62,483 nucleotides of DNA from Phoronis australis (lineage: Eukaryota > Animalia > Phoronida), in assembly GCA_002633005.1 (NCBI GenBank), contig NMRA01000332.1, forward strand, positions 400,616-463,098, given 5' to 3'. Below, in pieces: positions 37,201 to 50,080 of this stretch; within the stretch, counting starts at the first letter, position 1; every line of letters starts with the position of its first letter. A program made the translations under genes and the position numbers. The notes below the pieces were generated by a model, which was given only the letters and a program-made list of their open reading frames with translations, did no database searches and was not told where the DNA came from.

Positions 37201-40200
37201 CTAAATTGCCAAATTATTCTGTGGAGTGTCTGACAGAGTTCTTAGTTTATTTTGAAAACTACAGTGGACTCTTGTGTAGTAGATGTATACAAATCTAGCC
37301 CTCACACGCTGACATGGGTTGGCAAAACTAGTCTGTGTTCTGTAGCCACCAGTAAATAAATTTTATGGCAGGTTTCACATAACAAAAAACTTTTAATTTA
37401 GACCACTTACTGTTATGAAACTGGTCTCGAGTTGTACCTGAGTCATAATGAAGGTGATGTCAGGACTTTGAAAGAACTGACAGATCACTGTTGCTGGAGA
37501 CCAGACTCCACGTGATTGACTTGTTATGACATCATTGTTATGACATCATTATATGCGCCAAGCATGGTCTTGAGGAATAATGAACTCTCACCTGAGAAAG
37601 TAACCAAGTTGAGATGAAATTACTTGTCAAAAGACTAGAAATTCATCTCAAAAAAGTTAGCTTTTTCGACAGAACGTCGGTTCAAAACTGCTTTAAGCAT
37701 TGAAAGTAAATAGCTAAGTGCGTATGTTCAGCTTGTCTGTTTTATTGAAGATAACCTAACACTTTTCTGCATAATCACAAATTACGAAACGTCAATGAAT
37801 CCAGATCAACATTTCAGCTGAATGGTTTGAACCTGCATTTTATAAGTGCTGGCACATTGAACAATTGGCCAGCAATCACATATTTTATAGTCCCATGTTT
37901 ATTCTAGATATTCCAAAGGAACCCTTAGTCTTTGAAATTATACATAAGTGTCAAATTAAAAACAAGTGTATTAAAAATATTAGAATACACTGTTTTTCAT
38001 ATTTTGGCAGATCGTCTGTGCTGCTCTTGTAACACGTAATTTTGTTGTCATGGCAATACGTAATGTGCTGCCTATCTGTCTGGTTGAGGAATAGAAATTC
38101 TGTGTCCAACCGTGCATGTTTCCAGAAGTGCCTGTTCTTATTTCTTACGAATTCATGCGAGCCTCAGAAAATTGGTTCTTGGCTCAACATGGATGCAAGA
38201 TTTCATGTCCAGACCAATTGCTAAATGGTGCATTACCTTCCACTGATTACGCAGCCATTTGAAATATGCATTTCGTGATAGAAAATTATTTGTCATACAT
38301 ATTGTGTATCCATCAGGGCATTGACTGTTAGTGACTGGACTAAATTTTCAAAGGCTCACAATTTTCATGGTCAGGTCACAAGTGAGAAAGAGCTGCCCCT
38401 GGTCTGTAAGTTGAGTGTATTCAGGTGCGGTACAACCACGATGAGTCACCACCTAAAGGAGTCCTGCATGCTTTGACTTTCAGCAGTATTTTAAATGTTA
38501 CGCTCTCTGCGGCATGTTAATTCATTCACTTATAACATTCCTGTTTTTTTTTGGGTGCTCAGCTTCATCACCTCTGAGGTCTACTTTATGAATAGTAACT
38601 TAAATTTGGTTTACACTTCACACAACTGCTTTTGAAAAGTTGTTAAGTCTCATTCAGTAAAAATCCGAAAAGTCTGAAAACTTGCTTGTGCATTTCCCAT
38701 AGCTCATTGGTATATTCACGTAAGTCATTCGCAAGACACTTGCGACAAGAAACCTTTACATAAAGAGCAGAACAGGAATTTCTGTCACAGTTCAACATTC
38801 CAGTATCGAAGTCTAATCACTTCGGTGACGTCCATTTTGATAGTGTACGAGAGTAAGGTCCCAAATTTACTCACGAAACACTTATTTTCTACTCGCTTGA
38901 TTTTGCATGTCTTTGCTTGCTTTTTTGCATGAAACAAACTTCATGGGACTCGCTCTGGGCTTGATACTGATTTGTATGAATTTCTATGTTACCATGTGAG
39001 GGTACGTTGAACTTCTTACTAGTATTGTCCTAATACCAGCATCGCTTTATATTACACAGGGTTTAACACATAACATTATAGTATCTGTCCAAAGTAAGCT
39101 GCCAAATTCTTTTTCTTATAGTTTGCATTTGGTATTGAATAATTTTTTCTCCCTTTACTTTATTCTGACTTGAAAAGGTTCTGTATTACATTGTAGGGAA
39201 ATGTTCTGGATGTCCTTACCAGCACCAGTTTTATCACACCCGATTTTGTTCAACAGTCACTGACATTGTATCAGGTGACTTATTAGGCAAAGAGGCTGCG
39301 GTTGAAGTGCACGAAAAGTCCATTAATTTTGTTTTTGTATTACATTCTGTGATGCATCCATATCACTGGAATAAATAATATGATAATTAATATTCACTTA
39401 ATTACTGTCAAAAATAATCCATCAAACTCTGTTTGCGGAAGTTTGCCTTTGGTAGTGAAGAATTTCTTGTCCTCTTGGCTTGAGCTCTCTGGCATGCCAT
39501 CTGAAGTGATAAAGAGCAAATAAACAGAATTTTGTCTTTTTGTGATTTTGCCAGACTGCCATCATTTGTGCTGTATGATGTGGGGGCGACATCATGCATG
39601 GCACGATACTCAGAGACGGGTTTACAGTACTGCAGAAGGATTCAGAAATTCACCGAACTTCGGGAAGTTATTGTCTGCCAGTTACACCCACAGACATTCT
39701 GTTACACTTTTACGAAAGTCACTGGAAGCTAAATGAGATCTTGTCTGTTTTGTTTGATTACTTTTGATGTCTGCTGTGCATTTTTATTGTGGTTATTATT
39801 AAACTTTATATCACTGTTCTCGTAGGGACCAATTCTGGCCATAACGTTTGGAACGAGCATAAAGAATGCACCACTGCGCAATTACGGCTTCAAAGTGGAA
39901 ATGATCGCCCTGGGGTTGTGTTTGATCTGTGGTGAGTGTTTATATTGGATGAAATGTATCGTGAATGCCTTTGGTGAGTGGTGAGAATTGACTTTTCAAT
40001 TTTACCGTACTTGTTGGTCAATTTGGAGATTGTGTTTTTATTGTATACGTGCGTTACTAGATCTGCTCATGTATATTTTCAAAGAAAATGCTTCATTCGA
40101 GTGTCTTGCATAAAGCACGTAAACTTCAACACCCCTTGTTTGTGGACCTCTTTCTTAAACAAGTCGTGTACGTCATTTATATTAAAAACAAACAGAAAAC

Positions 40201-43200
40201 GTGACAAGAGCGGTGTCTCACAGATGAAAAGAAAATACCTGGCGATACTGTTTGATTGGCATTGAAAAGAGACTACAACAAGTAGTTCTGTAGTAGTATC
40301 ATCTAGTCATTTAATAGGGCTTGCTTAGAAACACAGGATTATGCTGACATTGGCAATATGTGGTAAAACAAGTCTGAAATAAAAAATTATTTCTTTTCAT
40401 AACAATTTTTGTCATTGTAAACACCAGCCTGCGGTTGGCTGCCCTGTACTATTCAGACTCTTGTTCACTTTATAGGATTCCTGTTTGGCATAATTGCTGG
40501 GTTGGTTAACTTAAGCGGAGCCAACTGGGGCGGAGATAAATGGCCGACCAATGAGATGCAGAGTAGGTGGGTATTCCACCAATAAAAAGATGGAGTAGAA
40601 AAAGTGTTAGTGCACATGCCCTAAGAAGCTTTTGCACATGCTCAATGGGATATCGAGGGCCCGATTGTCAGAGGTTATATACATTGTATCTGCTCGTAGC
40701 TAAGACAGTTGCTGGCATGTTCTTGTGTTCATGACTGCGAACATTTTTTTAAGTGGAATATGGTAACTGACGTTGATAAATTTTTTTTGATAGTTTTTCA
40801 TATTCAGACTTATTGTCCACCATGACGAGCCATGTTTGAGTTGCGTAGAAATTGAAATTCACAAGTTATCTCCATCTTAACTCAGACCGTACTTTCGACC
40901 AGTGATAAAAAGTACCGCAATGTGTAGTAGCTGTTTCTTGACTGAAGTATTTTTGACCCGTTACTGTCTTACACACACAAAGAAGATAATATGGGCTCAC
41001 TGCTCACTGAGTTCAGAGCTGTGGCCAGTGGGTATTTCCATACAATACCAGATTGATGTTTCATGGGTGCAGGCCCCTTAGCTGTAAAACATCTGGGGCC
41101 TTGGTAGTGTGCCCCCTTTGCTAGCAACATCCCTTTTACTTTCTAGTTGAATGTCTTAACGAACTACGTAACTAAACTACTAAGTAGTTTAAAGCACCTT
41201 AGCAGGCATTATATTCTTGTTGTCAAAGACAACTCTGTTTTGTAGTGTTTGCTTGTTTGCTCGTTTTAATCCTAATGGCATGCAGGATCATAACACATCA
41301 CTGTAAAAAAAGCCAATGTGTATGATTTTCATTGGAATCTACAACACCAGACCGTGTCCAATGCAAATTTCTGTTGTAGGGGCATGGCACGCAGCCTGTG
41401 GGTTGGTATCTTGGTAGCAATACCCTCTGGGGCTGGCGTAGCCCTCTCTGTCCTAGGCAGCAATATTGGATCCCTAGTGGGCGTGGCCATATCAGCCTCA
41501 CTGCTGCCACCTGCTGTCAATGCTGTGAGTCACGTGTTTGTAATATGCACCATTTTCATTGGCTTGCTAGTTACCTTTATTTGAATGTTTTACCCATCAA
41601 GCATTAAGTAAGTACTGTTACTAGGGGATTATGTCGCAGTTCTTTTTTTTCAATTTTACTTTTATTTACCCAGAAAGCATATCATTACTGATTAGTAGAT
41701 ACGGCTGGGGTTGGGTTGGCCCAACTACATATCTTTACAACATACTAGGGGACAATACGTCATACAAACAGAACACATAAGTATCTGGAAAATGACTCCT
41801 AATGATTGGGCGGATAATTAGCCGAGATTATTATAAAAGGGGAAGGGAAACGGGGAGGGGGAGGGAAACGGGGAGGGGGAGGACTTTCATACACTCATTT
41901 ACACTCACATTCACACGGTTTAATTAACTTAACTTATGTTTACATTTACGTAGGTGCATATTTATGAAAAGGTCAGTTTTCTTACAATACAACATAGAAG
42001 TGGTTAAAAAAATAACACCATATATTGTTTGAATGAAAGAGATGCCTGCAAAACCCTCCACTGTTCTGAAGTTTTGTCCCAGGCGTTAAGTACAATGAGG
42101 TTCACTGCGTCAAAAAGTATACATTTGAGTTTATTAAAACAAGGTTGAGACCCATCTCTCGATGATTGTATGATTGTAATGTTGAGCATGAGTGTTATGA
42201 TATTGAAGATTTCACTTAGCTTCCCAAAGAAGCAAACTAAGAAGTGGTAGATAGATGGCTCAGTGTGTAGTTCCTATGCGTTTTACTGGAACAACTGTTA
42301 GACTGAGTCATGTTGCATTCGTGATGAATTGCATTGGAAGCTCATTGTGATGTGGCAAAGTTTTTGATGTTTGCTTTTTTGATACACCCTTCAGTAGTTG
42401 GAATTGGATTTTTTACGATTATAATTTTGATTTGTCTGAAGTATAATATTGTGGAACCATGTCAAAACATTATATCCGGTGGGGGGGGATAGATTTACTA
42501 ATAAAATTAATTGCAGATATCCTGTACTTGAATGAGGGCCAGTCATGCAGTGTTCACAAAGTACCTTTGTCATTTCAGGGAATGCTTTGGTCATTTTCAC
42601 TGCTGTCCACCCTCAGTCCACCTCCTGCTCTTGCCAACACGGTAAATTTTGTGATTAAGTGAAAAGTGTAATGTGCCACGGATACCATTCATCCTGTTTG
42701 AAGGCGTAGAATACGGTAAATTTTCTTCAATCATATTAAACAAAGATGATTGCCAAAATGTTCGTTTTCCACTGGTTTGAGTGGTCACAATCTCATCATT
42801 TGTTGTATCAAGTACACACTAAAGTTGTGCTAATCCTGACAAGTTAAGTAAAATTTTGATTTTGTGTTTTTCAGAAATTGTACAAAGTAAAATTTAGAAT
42901 TTTTCTGCTGTACTGTGTTGCTATGATCTGTTGTCAAATATTGCTATCGTCTGCTCACAGATGTTGCTATCGTGTGCTCACTTCTACTATCGTCTGCTTT
43001 CAGACATCATCTCTTGCCTGTCCAGCATTAGTCAACAATCACTACAGCCCAGTGTACAGCTGTAACATGGCTGCAGAGGCAGCTTTACTTGGTATTGTCA
43101 GTCTTGTTCTTACTCTTCTCAACATCGTCTGCGTCATTTTCATGGGAATAATCATCCTCAAGGTAGAGTTCACTCTCGATTCATATCATATCCAAAAATT

Positions 43201-46200
43201 AGTAATGATGCTAAGACAACATATTAAGAAAGGGCAATCACAAAACTAGTCCACAATTACGCAGTAGATTTAAGGAACTTGGTTGAGTCTGTATTAAGCA
43301 CTGTTTCATGCAAGCGTGCACTGGGGTTTGTTTAATGAAACTGACTTAAGATTTAACGAGTGAGAACTTTCTTCTTAAGCTCCACATAACTATTTTTGAC
43401 GAATATTAAGTAAATCTCACTTGAGCAAAAATACATCACTCCTGAGAATATTCACCTTACTGCAAGTTACAGACATAATTTCTATGAATTGTTTTTGGAC
43501 TGTGATACACTGTCTCACAATTACTTGGTTACGGTTTTGTTAAGCAATGCAAAGTGGGAGTCTTAAATCTTAAGTCTCGTTTCATGAAACAGACCCTGAT
43601 AAATGATAGACAAACCTAATTTCCGTGCATGAAAAATTCGTAGAAAATAAATAGAGTTAAAACACCCACAACTTGCAGAGACATCACAAGGTTCTCAACG
43701 CAGTGCTATTTGACTTGTGAACTACAGTTATGTAGTTGATTAGTCTGCTGGTGTGAACAAATGTGTTAGTGGAAGTTGATGGGCTATCCCCCATATTAGT
43801 CATTTCCAGTTTGTAGTAGTTGCTGAGGGTATGAAATAATTAGTGTTTGTCCTGTTGTGGTTGACTATGAAACACCAGTTGTTTGCTTTGGCAAGTCCAC
43901 AAGATGCTATTGTTTTCATTGAGTTTTCTTCAAAATGAATTTTGTTTCAGCATAATGCACTTGTTAAGGGAACAGAGATTACTTTTTTCATGTAAATTGT
44001 TATAATTACAATCTGCAGTTTTAAAAAAGGGCAAAATTTCTTCTCATCAAAAAGTGGCACAATTTCAGAGTAAAAAATTGTGCCTAGTTTTCAATTGATT
44101 CATTTTTTTCTGTGTTTTGTTGATGAAGCCGGAAAAATGTTAACAAAATTCTTCATATTTTTTAAAGCAGTTGCAAGGCAGTGAATGGCATAGTAGGCAT
44201 TGAGGTCCTAACTGACATTAGCAAAATAGCTTTTTGTGACACAATTTTAGCGATTATTTTCAGGTGAAGGAAGTTGCCCCTCATACTGCCACATCTACTA
44301 CTCAGACATTTTGGAAGGATGATATCCGCGTAAGTCTTTTGCTTTCTTCATGCTCATCAGATAAATGCCTGTTAGTTTGTTTAGGCAAACTAAGATCATA
44401 ACAGATTGCTCACAGAGTTTAACATACCGTATGCAGTCTTACATAAAACAGCTCTCGACGCTTAGCTAAATGCTAAGTCACATTTGGCGACCTGGCTAAA
44501 ATCCCAGGTCGCCAAACGAAATCTGAGGTCACCAAAACTGAAAATCTCAGGCGTCCAAATCAAAATCAATACAGAGGTTCCTATGCGGCGTATACAAGTT
44601 TGTTCGTCGACCAAAAAAAAGTCAAATGGACGTAATCCCAGTTACTCCTCCAATATTTCTCTTGTATGAATGCCTAAGTGTAGGACTCGGGTTTACTTTC
44701 ATTCTCTAACTCGAGTCCTCCCACTGGCGAACAAACGCATAGTACGCAGATGACTGCGTGGACCCCTGGCACAAATTTAGTCGATCTTGCCCGATTTTTT
44801 CCGAACAATTCCGGCTTCTGTTTGATGTTTAATTGAAGTGTGGTGGAAAATGCGTGTCTGATTTCATGAAATCAATGGAACAATTGTGAATCAAAGGTAA
44901 TACATTTTAGAAAATATGTTTGGTAATTTAAAGTTTGGAAGTTAACACGGACTTTAAAACGAATTTAGTGGGAATTCTTGTCTGACTTTGATACTCGTAG
45001 TGGCGACTTGTAGTGGAACTTTTCCCAGGTCGCCAAACACAACCTGAGGTCACCAAATCAAGCTCTGTAAAAGATGTAAACGATGTTGCATTTACATTTA
45101 TCTGTCTTAATTAGCTGCCTACATACTTAGAAAAGCTGTTAATGTGTATAAGCTTTTAATTTGATTTTTAGTTAATAAAAAGTTTAGGAGCTTGTCGAAT
45201 GGCTTGGAGATAAAATTATGATTTACTTTTAGACGGCCAGGGAGTACTATCAGACTTTGAAAACAAACACACAACAAACTCAGCAACTGGGAAAGAGGCT
45301 GATGGAGGAGTGGAATGCTATTAAGGTAGTAAGAGAAGCGGACAGAGGCAACTGTACGGTTATTAATAATTCTGTAGTTTTCAAATATGACTAGCGTATT
45401 CTTGTTCATAATTTCACGCATAATTCTCTTGATATACAGCGCTGGTTTTCATATGATTTTTTTCACAGTTTTTGAGGCAACTTCTAAGTAGTAAGAGAAG
45501 TTAAATGAAGTGCACTATCTTTTTAGAATTTACAGACATGCAGAAAACTTTTTTCACGCACCAGTTCTAATGATGAGTCATTGTTTGCAAAAAAAACCCC
45601 GGTGATATCCGTTGATTTTTGGTTGAAACTTAAAATACCTGAATTTGGTAAAAATAAATCTAAATCTTGATGACATTTGTCAGTCGCAGTTTCTTGCAGA
45701 AACTTAAGATTTTAAAGTTGTCGAACTGTCCACTTACAGGGGTTGGGGGAGGGGTGAAATTGACAATTTCAAGCCAGGAAATGTTTATTACATGAAAACA
45801 GTTAAGTGGTTCAAGTAAGGTGTAATGAATATCTGGGGACTGGGGTGATGAAAGATTCACATGTGATGAAATGTCACCGAGTGAAATTTTATTTCTTATT
45901 TTTTCGTAAGAGATATGTAGCACGGAATTAATGCTTTTCCATGTTCAAGTTCTTTACTATAGCTGTTATCAGATAAANGACGCTTAGCTAAGTGTCAAGT
46001 CACATTTGGCGACCTGGCTAAAATCCCAGGTCGCCAAACGAAATCTGAGGTCACCAAAACTGAAAATCTCGGGCATCCAAATCAAAATCAATACAGAGGT
46101 TCCTATGCGCCGTATAGAAGTTTGTTCGTCGACCAAAAAAAAAGTCAAATGGACGTAATCCCAGTTACTCCTCCAATATTTCTCTTGTATGAATGCCTAA

Positions 46201-49200
46201 GTGTAGGACTGGTGTACTTTCATTCTCTAACTCGAGTCCTCCCACTGGCGAACAAACGCATAGTATGCAGATGACTGCGTGGACCCCTGGCACAAATTTA
46301 GTCAATCTTGCCCGATTTTTTCCGAACAATTCCGGCTTCTGTTTGTTTACTTCCTGTTGTAATTGAAGTATGGTGGAAAATGTGTGTCTGATTTCATGAA
46401 ATCAATGGAACAATAAATTGTGAATCAAAGGTAATACATTTAGAAAATATGTTTGGAAGTTAACACGAACTTTAAAACGAATTTAGAGGGAATTCTTGTC
46501 TGACTTTGATACTCGTAGTGGCGACTTGTAGTGGAACTTTTCCCAGGTCGCCAAACACAATCTGAGGTCACCAAATCGAGCTCTGTAAAAGATGTAAACG
46601 ATGTTGCATTTACATTTAGCTGCCTACATATTCAGAAAAGCTGTTAAGTGTGAAAAAGCTTTTAATTTGATTTTTAGTTAAAAAGTTTAGGAGCTTGTCG
46701 AATGGCTTGGAGATAAAATTATGATTTACTTTTAGACGGCCAGGGAGTACTATCAGACTTTGAAAACAAACACACAACAAACTCAGCAACTCGGAAAGAG
46801 GCTGGTGGAGGAGTGGAACGCTATTAAGGTATTAAGAGAAGCGGACAGAGGCAACTGTACGGTTATTAATAATTCTGTAGTTTTCAAATATGACCAGCGT
46901 ATTCTTGTTCATAATTTCACGCATAATTCTCTTGATATACAGCGCTGGTTTTCATATGATTTTTTTCACAGTTTTTGAGACAACTTCTAAGTAGTAAGAG
47001 AAGTTAAATGAAGTGCACTATCTTTTTAGAATTTACAGACATGCAGAAAACTTTTTTCACGCACCAGTTCTAATGATGAGTCATTGTTTGCAAAAAAAAA
47101 CCCGGTGATATCCATTGATTTTTGGTTGAAACTTAAAATACCTGAATTTGGTAAAAATAAATCTAAATCTTGATGACATTTGTCAGTCGCAGTTTCTTGC
47201 AGAAACTTAAGATTTTAAAGTTGTCGAACTGTCCACTTACAGGGGTTGGGGGAGGGGTGAAATTGACAATTTCAAGCCAGGAAATGTTTATTACATGAAA
47301 ACAGTTAAGTGGTTCAAGTAAGGTGTAATGAATATCTGGGGACTGGGGTGATGAAAGATTCACATGTGATGAAATGTCACCGAGTGAAATTTTATTTCTT
47401 ATTTTTTCGTAAGAGATATGTAGCACGGAATTAATGCTTTTCCATGTTCAAGTTCTTTACTATAGCTGTTATCAGATAAATTTTTGAAAAACTGTCGGCA
47501 TTCGTAACAATATTTGAAGTCCTGGAAAAATAAAAAGGGGCAATTTTGGCGATTGTTTTTGTTTGAAATTTGTGAGTATAGTTGAAATGTGATTCATCTG
47601 ATTTTCTTATTATATTTTAATAAAATATCCCTGGTATTATCAGACAGTCCAGTTGTTTGGCGTATGAACAACGGACAGGTAGTTGCCAAAAATTAATTTA
47701 TTTTCTTCATTTGGCAGACGACAGAAAAACGCAAAGGGCGTCAAGGCAATGAAGCTCTCGCTAGCATTATCGAGGTAGGTGTTCGTTAGAGATGTACGTG
47801 GGAGTTGATATATTTGATTATTCCCAAGTTTGTTTTGTAAAACACCTTTGCATTAGACTTGTTTCCAGTGGGTTTCTGATCTACTGGGAAGTTTTCTGAT
47901 GCCTCCAAAAGCTTTTGTTTTATCCTTCTATGTGTTAGGATTTTATTTCTTGTCATGTGTGCATTTTTCGGGCTCAGTTATTATGTATCGCGTTTATTTA
48001 TTTTTTTGCTTATAATATCTACAAAGCACTGGCTGGGGCTCTTTTCATGACACTTGTTTCTAGTCCAGTTTTTATTATTGATATCAGCAGCATTGTAGCG
48101 TTGTTATACCGATAATGTTATCAAATAGTCTTCTGTTATGCAGCAAGGCTCACATATTGCAGCGTTATACAGCAGGGCTTTTTCACTGTCTAAGTTTAGT
48201 ACTTCTGACTTGTTGTTCTGTGTCTCTCAGAATGCAGAGAATGATCCTGGGGTGAAGCAAGTGGCCTATCGACTTCCTGGAGGACCTGTTCCAATGGTAA
48301 GGGATTTCTCATCTCTAGTTCTTGATGTGCTTTGAATCATATTGGAAAAGAAATGTTTGTTAGAACCCTTTCCAGTTGTTTTATTTATTTTATACTACCA
48401 CCAGTGCTGGGCCCAGGTTTAATCTTTTTACCTTACTTGAAGTTGAACTCAAACTTATAATTGTTCACATTTTCTATGCTACTTTTTTAAGGGCCTTATT
48501 CATTGACTGGATTTCCTGCTTCAGATTGACCTGGTTCTAAAAATTAATTAGGTCGTACACCGCTGGGAGCTGTAAGCCTTGATCACTGTTCAAGTGGGAC
48601 GTCTGGTTCTAATGTAGACAGCCTCCTTGATCTTTTTTGAGTACTAGAGTGTTCCTCTCTACCAATGATTCTGGAATTACACTTGTCGATGGTGTGTCCA
48701 GTGTTGAAGGTGTGTTCCCCATGCCTGTGGGCCTGTTCAGTTTGGAATGTTCCTTCATCCTGGTGTCCAGAGTACGTTTAGTTTCCCCTATGTACTGATG
48801 GGTGGGGTCCTCCTTACATGACAGCTAGTACACAATGTAAGACTTTTGTCAGTGGGGGAAGAGTCTTATGGGTGAACCAACTATTCCCGGATGACATTGA
48901 TGGGTTTGAAGAATGTTGTAACCCTACATGTATGTGATTTGAAGGTGCTTGATAGTTGTTCAGAAGGTTCTTGATGTAGGGAGTGGATATAGATGGTTGT
49001 CTGAGCTCAACTTTGTCTGTGTCCTGATCATGGTTACACTTGTATTGTGGAGGGTTAAGAGCACCATGGATGTGAGAAATCTCATCCCTGCAGTTTTGGT
49101 CAAGGGTAACATAGTTCTCTGCTCGGGCTTTCGGTACACAGCAATCTTGTTGGAACCGTAAGTGATTACCTATTGGAAAGCAATGAAAAACCTAATGTTC

Positions 49201-50080
49201 CCTTGCATAATAGCCACTTGATGTCTTGAGTTCGCACAAAAGTAGATCAAGAAATGCCAAAAATAATGTCGAGTTGGATTTGGAGTACAAAGATTAGACC
49301 CCAGGTTTGACCACAATACAGCTGTGCTTCCTGTCTTATGTGTTATCTCTGGGCTCATTATATATGCCAAGCTATTCATTTAATTTTGTTAACATCCCAA
49401 CAGAGGTCACTAAAGCATAAATCAGAAATGTGAAATTACTCACAGTTAGCTCTTCTGTAATTTCGCATTAGTGTAATAATTTCCAAAATTGTAATATTTA
49501 TATTTTTAGTGATTGATTAACTTGCTGTAAATAATGTAAATTTAACCAAATGGTGTTTTTTTTGACATCTACACACTACCAAGCTAACATAATGATTATA
49601 TAAGACTAAGTTTTCTTGGTCCCGATATTTTTGTCAAGAATTTGACAAAATGAAATTCATTCGTCTGCCTCTGATATTGTGTGCTGAATGGGTGAAGAAC
49701 TACTGTATGTTGACAATGGTCATATGTTTGCAAGCCTTTAATCTCTGTTCATCATCTAGAACATTGGACGTCAAGTGTCGGGTGAAGATGACTATGAAGA
49801 CCGTCGACCTTATCGAACCATCACTTTCCTTACCCCCAAAGAAGACGTCAGGTACAGTCGCACCTACAACCAGCATGATTATACTTTACGTGTGCGACAC
49901 CGCTCCAGGAGAACACCATCTACTGTCAAAACGCATTCGGCCTCAGGGGAGCAGCGAAGTAAGGGAAGGTTCCAGATACAAAGAATTCTTTCCCGTGACA
50001 ACGAGTCACGTGAGAATATTGGAGACGAGGACAAGAGTCGGGAGGAGGTACAACTGCCAGAAATTCAAATTGATGTTTGA
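28238..50080 (+). CDS. DUF389 / TIGR00341-family multi-pass membrane protein (multi-exon)
   Basis: Phase-compatible GT-AG exons: 28238-28810, 32526-32620, 32963-33034, 33679-33778, 35038-35105, 35753-35828 (duplicate 36827-36902), 39826-39931, 40476-40566, 41380-41524, 42579-42641, 43004-43162, 44264-44329, 45233-45325 (duplicate 46736-46828), 47718-47774, 48231-48296, 49760-50080. Family motifs: GLVENSSVILVASMLVSPLMGPILA, WPTNEMQSRG, SLVGVAISASLLPPAVNAG, KEVAP...FWKDDIR. The exon 1 linkage is less certain than the rest. Confidence 0.88.
30617..31572 (-). pseudogene. Decayed protein-kinase-like fragment, copy 2 (in DUF389 intron 1)
   Basis: Colinear diverged copy of 22030-22883. Reads FHADIRA/NIV and NYHRPIDI-SFG. 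Confidence 0.45.
30928..31048. mobile_element. ~120-bp palindromic (fold-back) MITE
   Basis: Arms ...GTGCCCGCATTTTGAGAACCAGTTT / AAACTGGTTCTCAAAATTCGGGCAC.... Absent from the homologous position in 22030-22883, so it is an insertion. Confidence 0.75.
35691..37732 (+). repeat. Near-identical tandem duplication (35691-36763 / 36765-37732) joined by a single N; probable haplotype artefact
   Basis: The N at 36764 lies exactly at the junction. The duplication includes a 76-nt DUF389 exon. Confidence 0.85.
36510..36583. repeat. 14-bp minisatellite (TTGTTATGACATCA)n
   Basis: About 5 units here versus about 2 units in the duplicate copy at ~37521-37550. Confidence 0.9.
41640..42200 (-). mobile_element. 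Probable 3' end of a CR1/L2-type LINE in a DUF389 intron
   Basis: The minus strand ends in GCTTTCTGGGTAAATAAAA..AAAAAAAA (the same GCTTTCTGGGTAA motif as the 982-1155 tail), preceded by a C-rich tract and a weak ...NAW....SLSFKQ ORF2-tail-like translation. Confidence 0.4.
44449..45067 (+). mobile_element. ~620-bp MITE, family F
   Basis: Short TIRs CAGCTCTCGA / TC(A/G)AGCTCTG, subterminal TGGCGAC...GTCGCCA palindromes, and an exact 5-bp TSD TAAAA (44444-44448, 45068-45072). Confidence 0.7.
44457..47480 (+). repeat. Near-identical tandem duplication (44457-45977 / 45979-47480) joined by a single N; probable haplotype artefact
   Basis: The N at 45978 lies exactly at the junction. The duplication includes a 93-nt DUF389 exon (M vs V variant). 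Confidence 0.85.
48545..49162 (-). mobile_element. Penelope-like retroelement fragment (RT thumb region plus GIY-YIG endonuclease), decayed
   Basis: Minus-strand translation with stops and frameshifts: KIAVYRKP...PYIKN...FFKPINVIRE*LVHP...IVY*LSCKEDPTHQYIGETKRTLDTRMKEH...EHTFNTGHTID...IKEAVYI...LNSDQGLQLPAVYD. Confidence 0.88.

Noticed and set aside
41838-41883. G-rich tract with G-quadruplex potential
   Set aside because: It belongs to a probable LINE 3' UTR relic. Such tracts are common and nothing indicates function.
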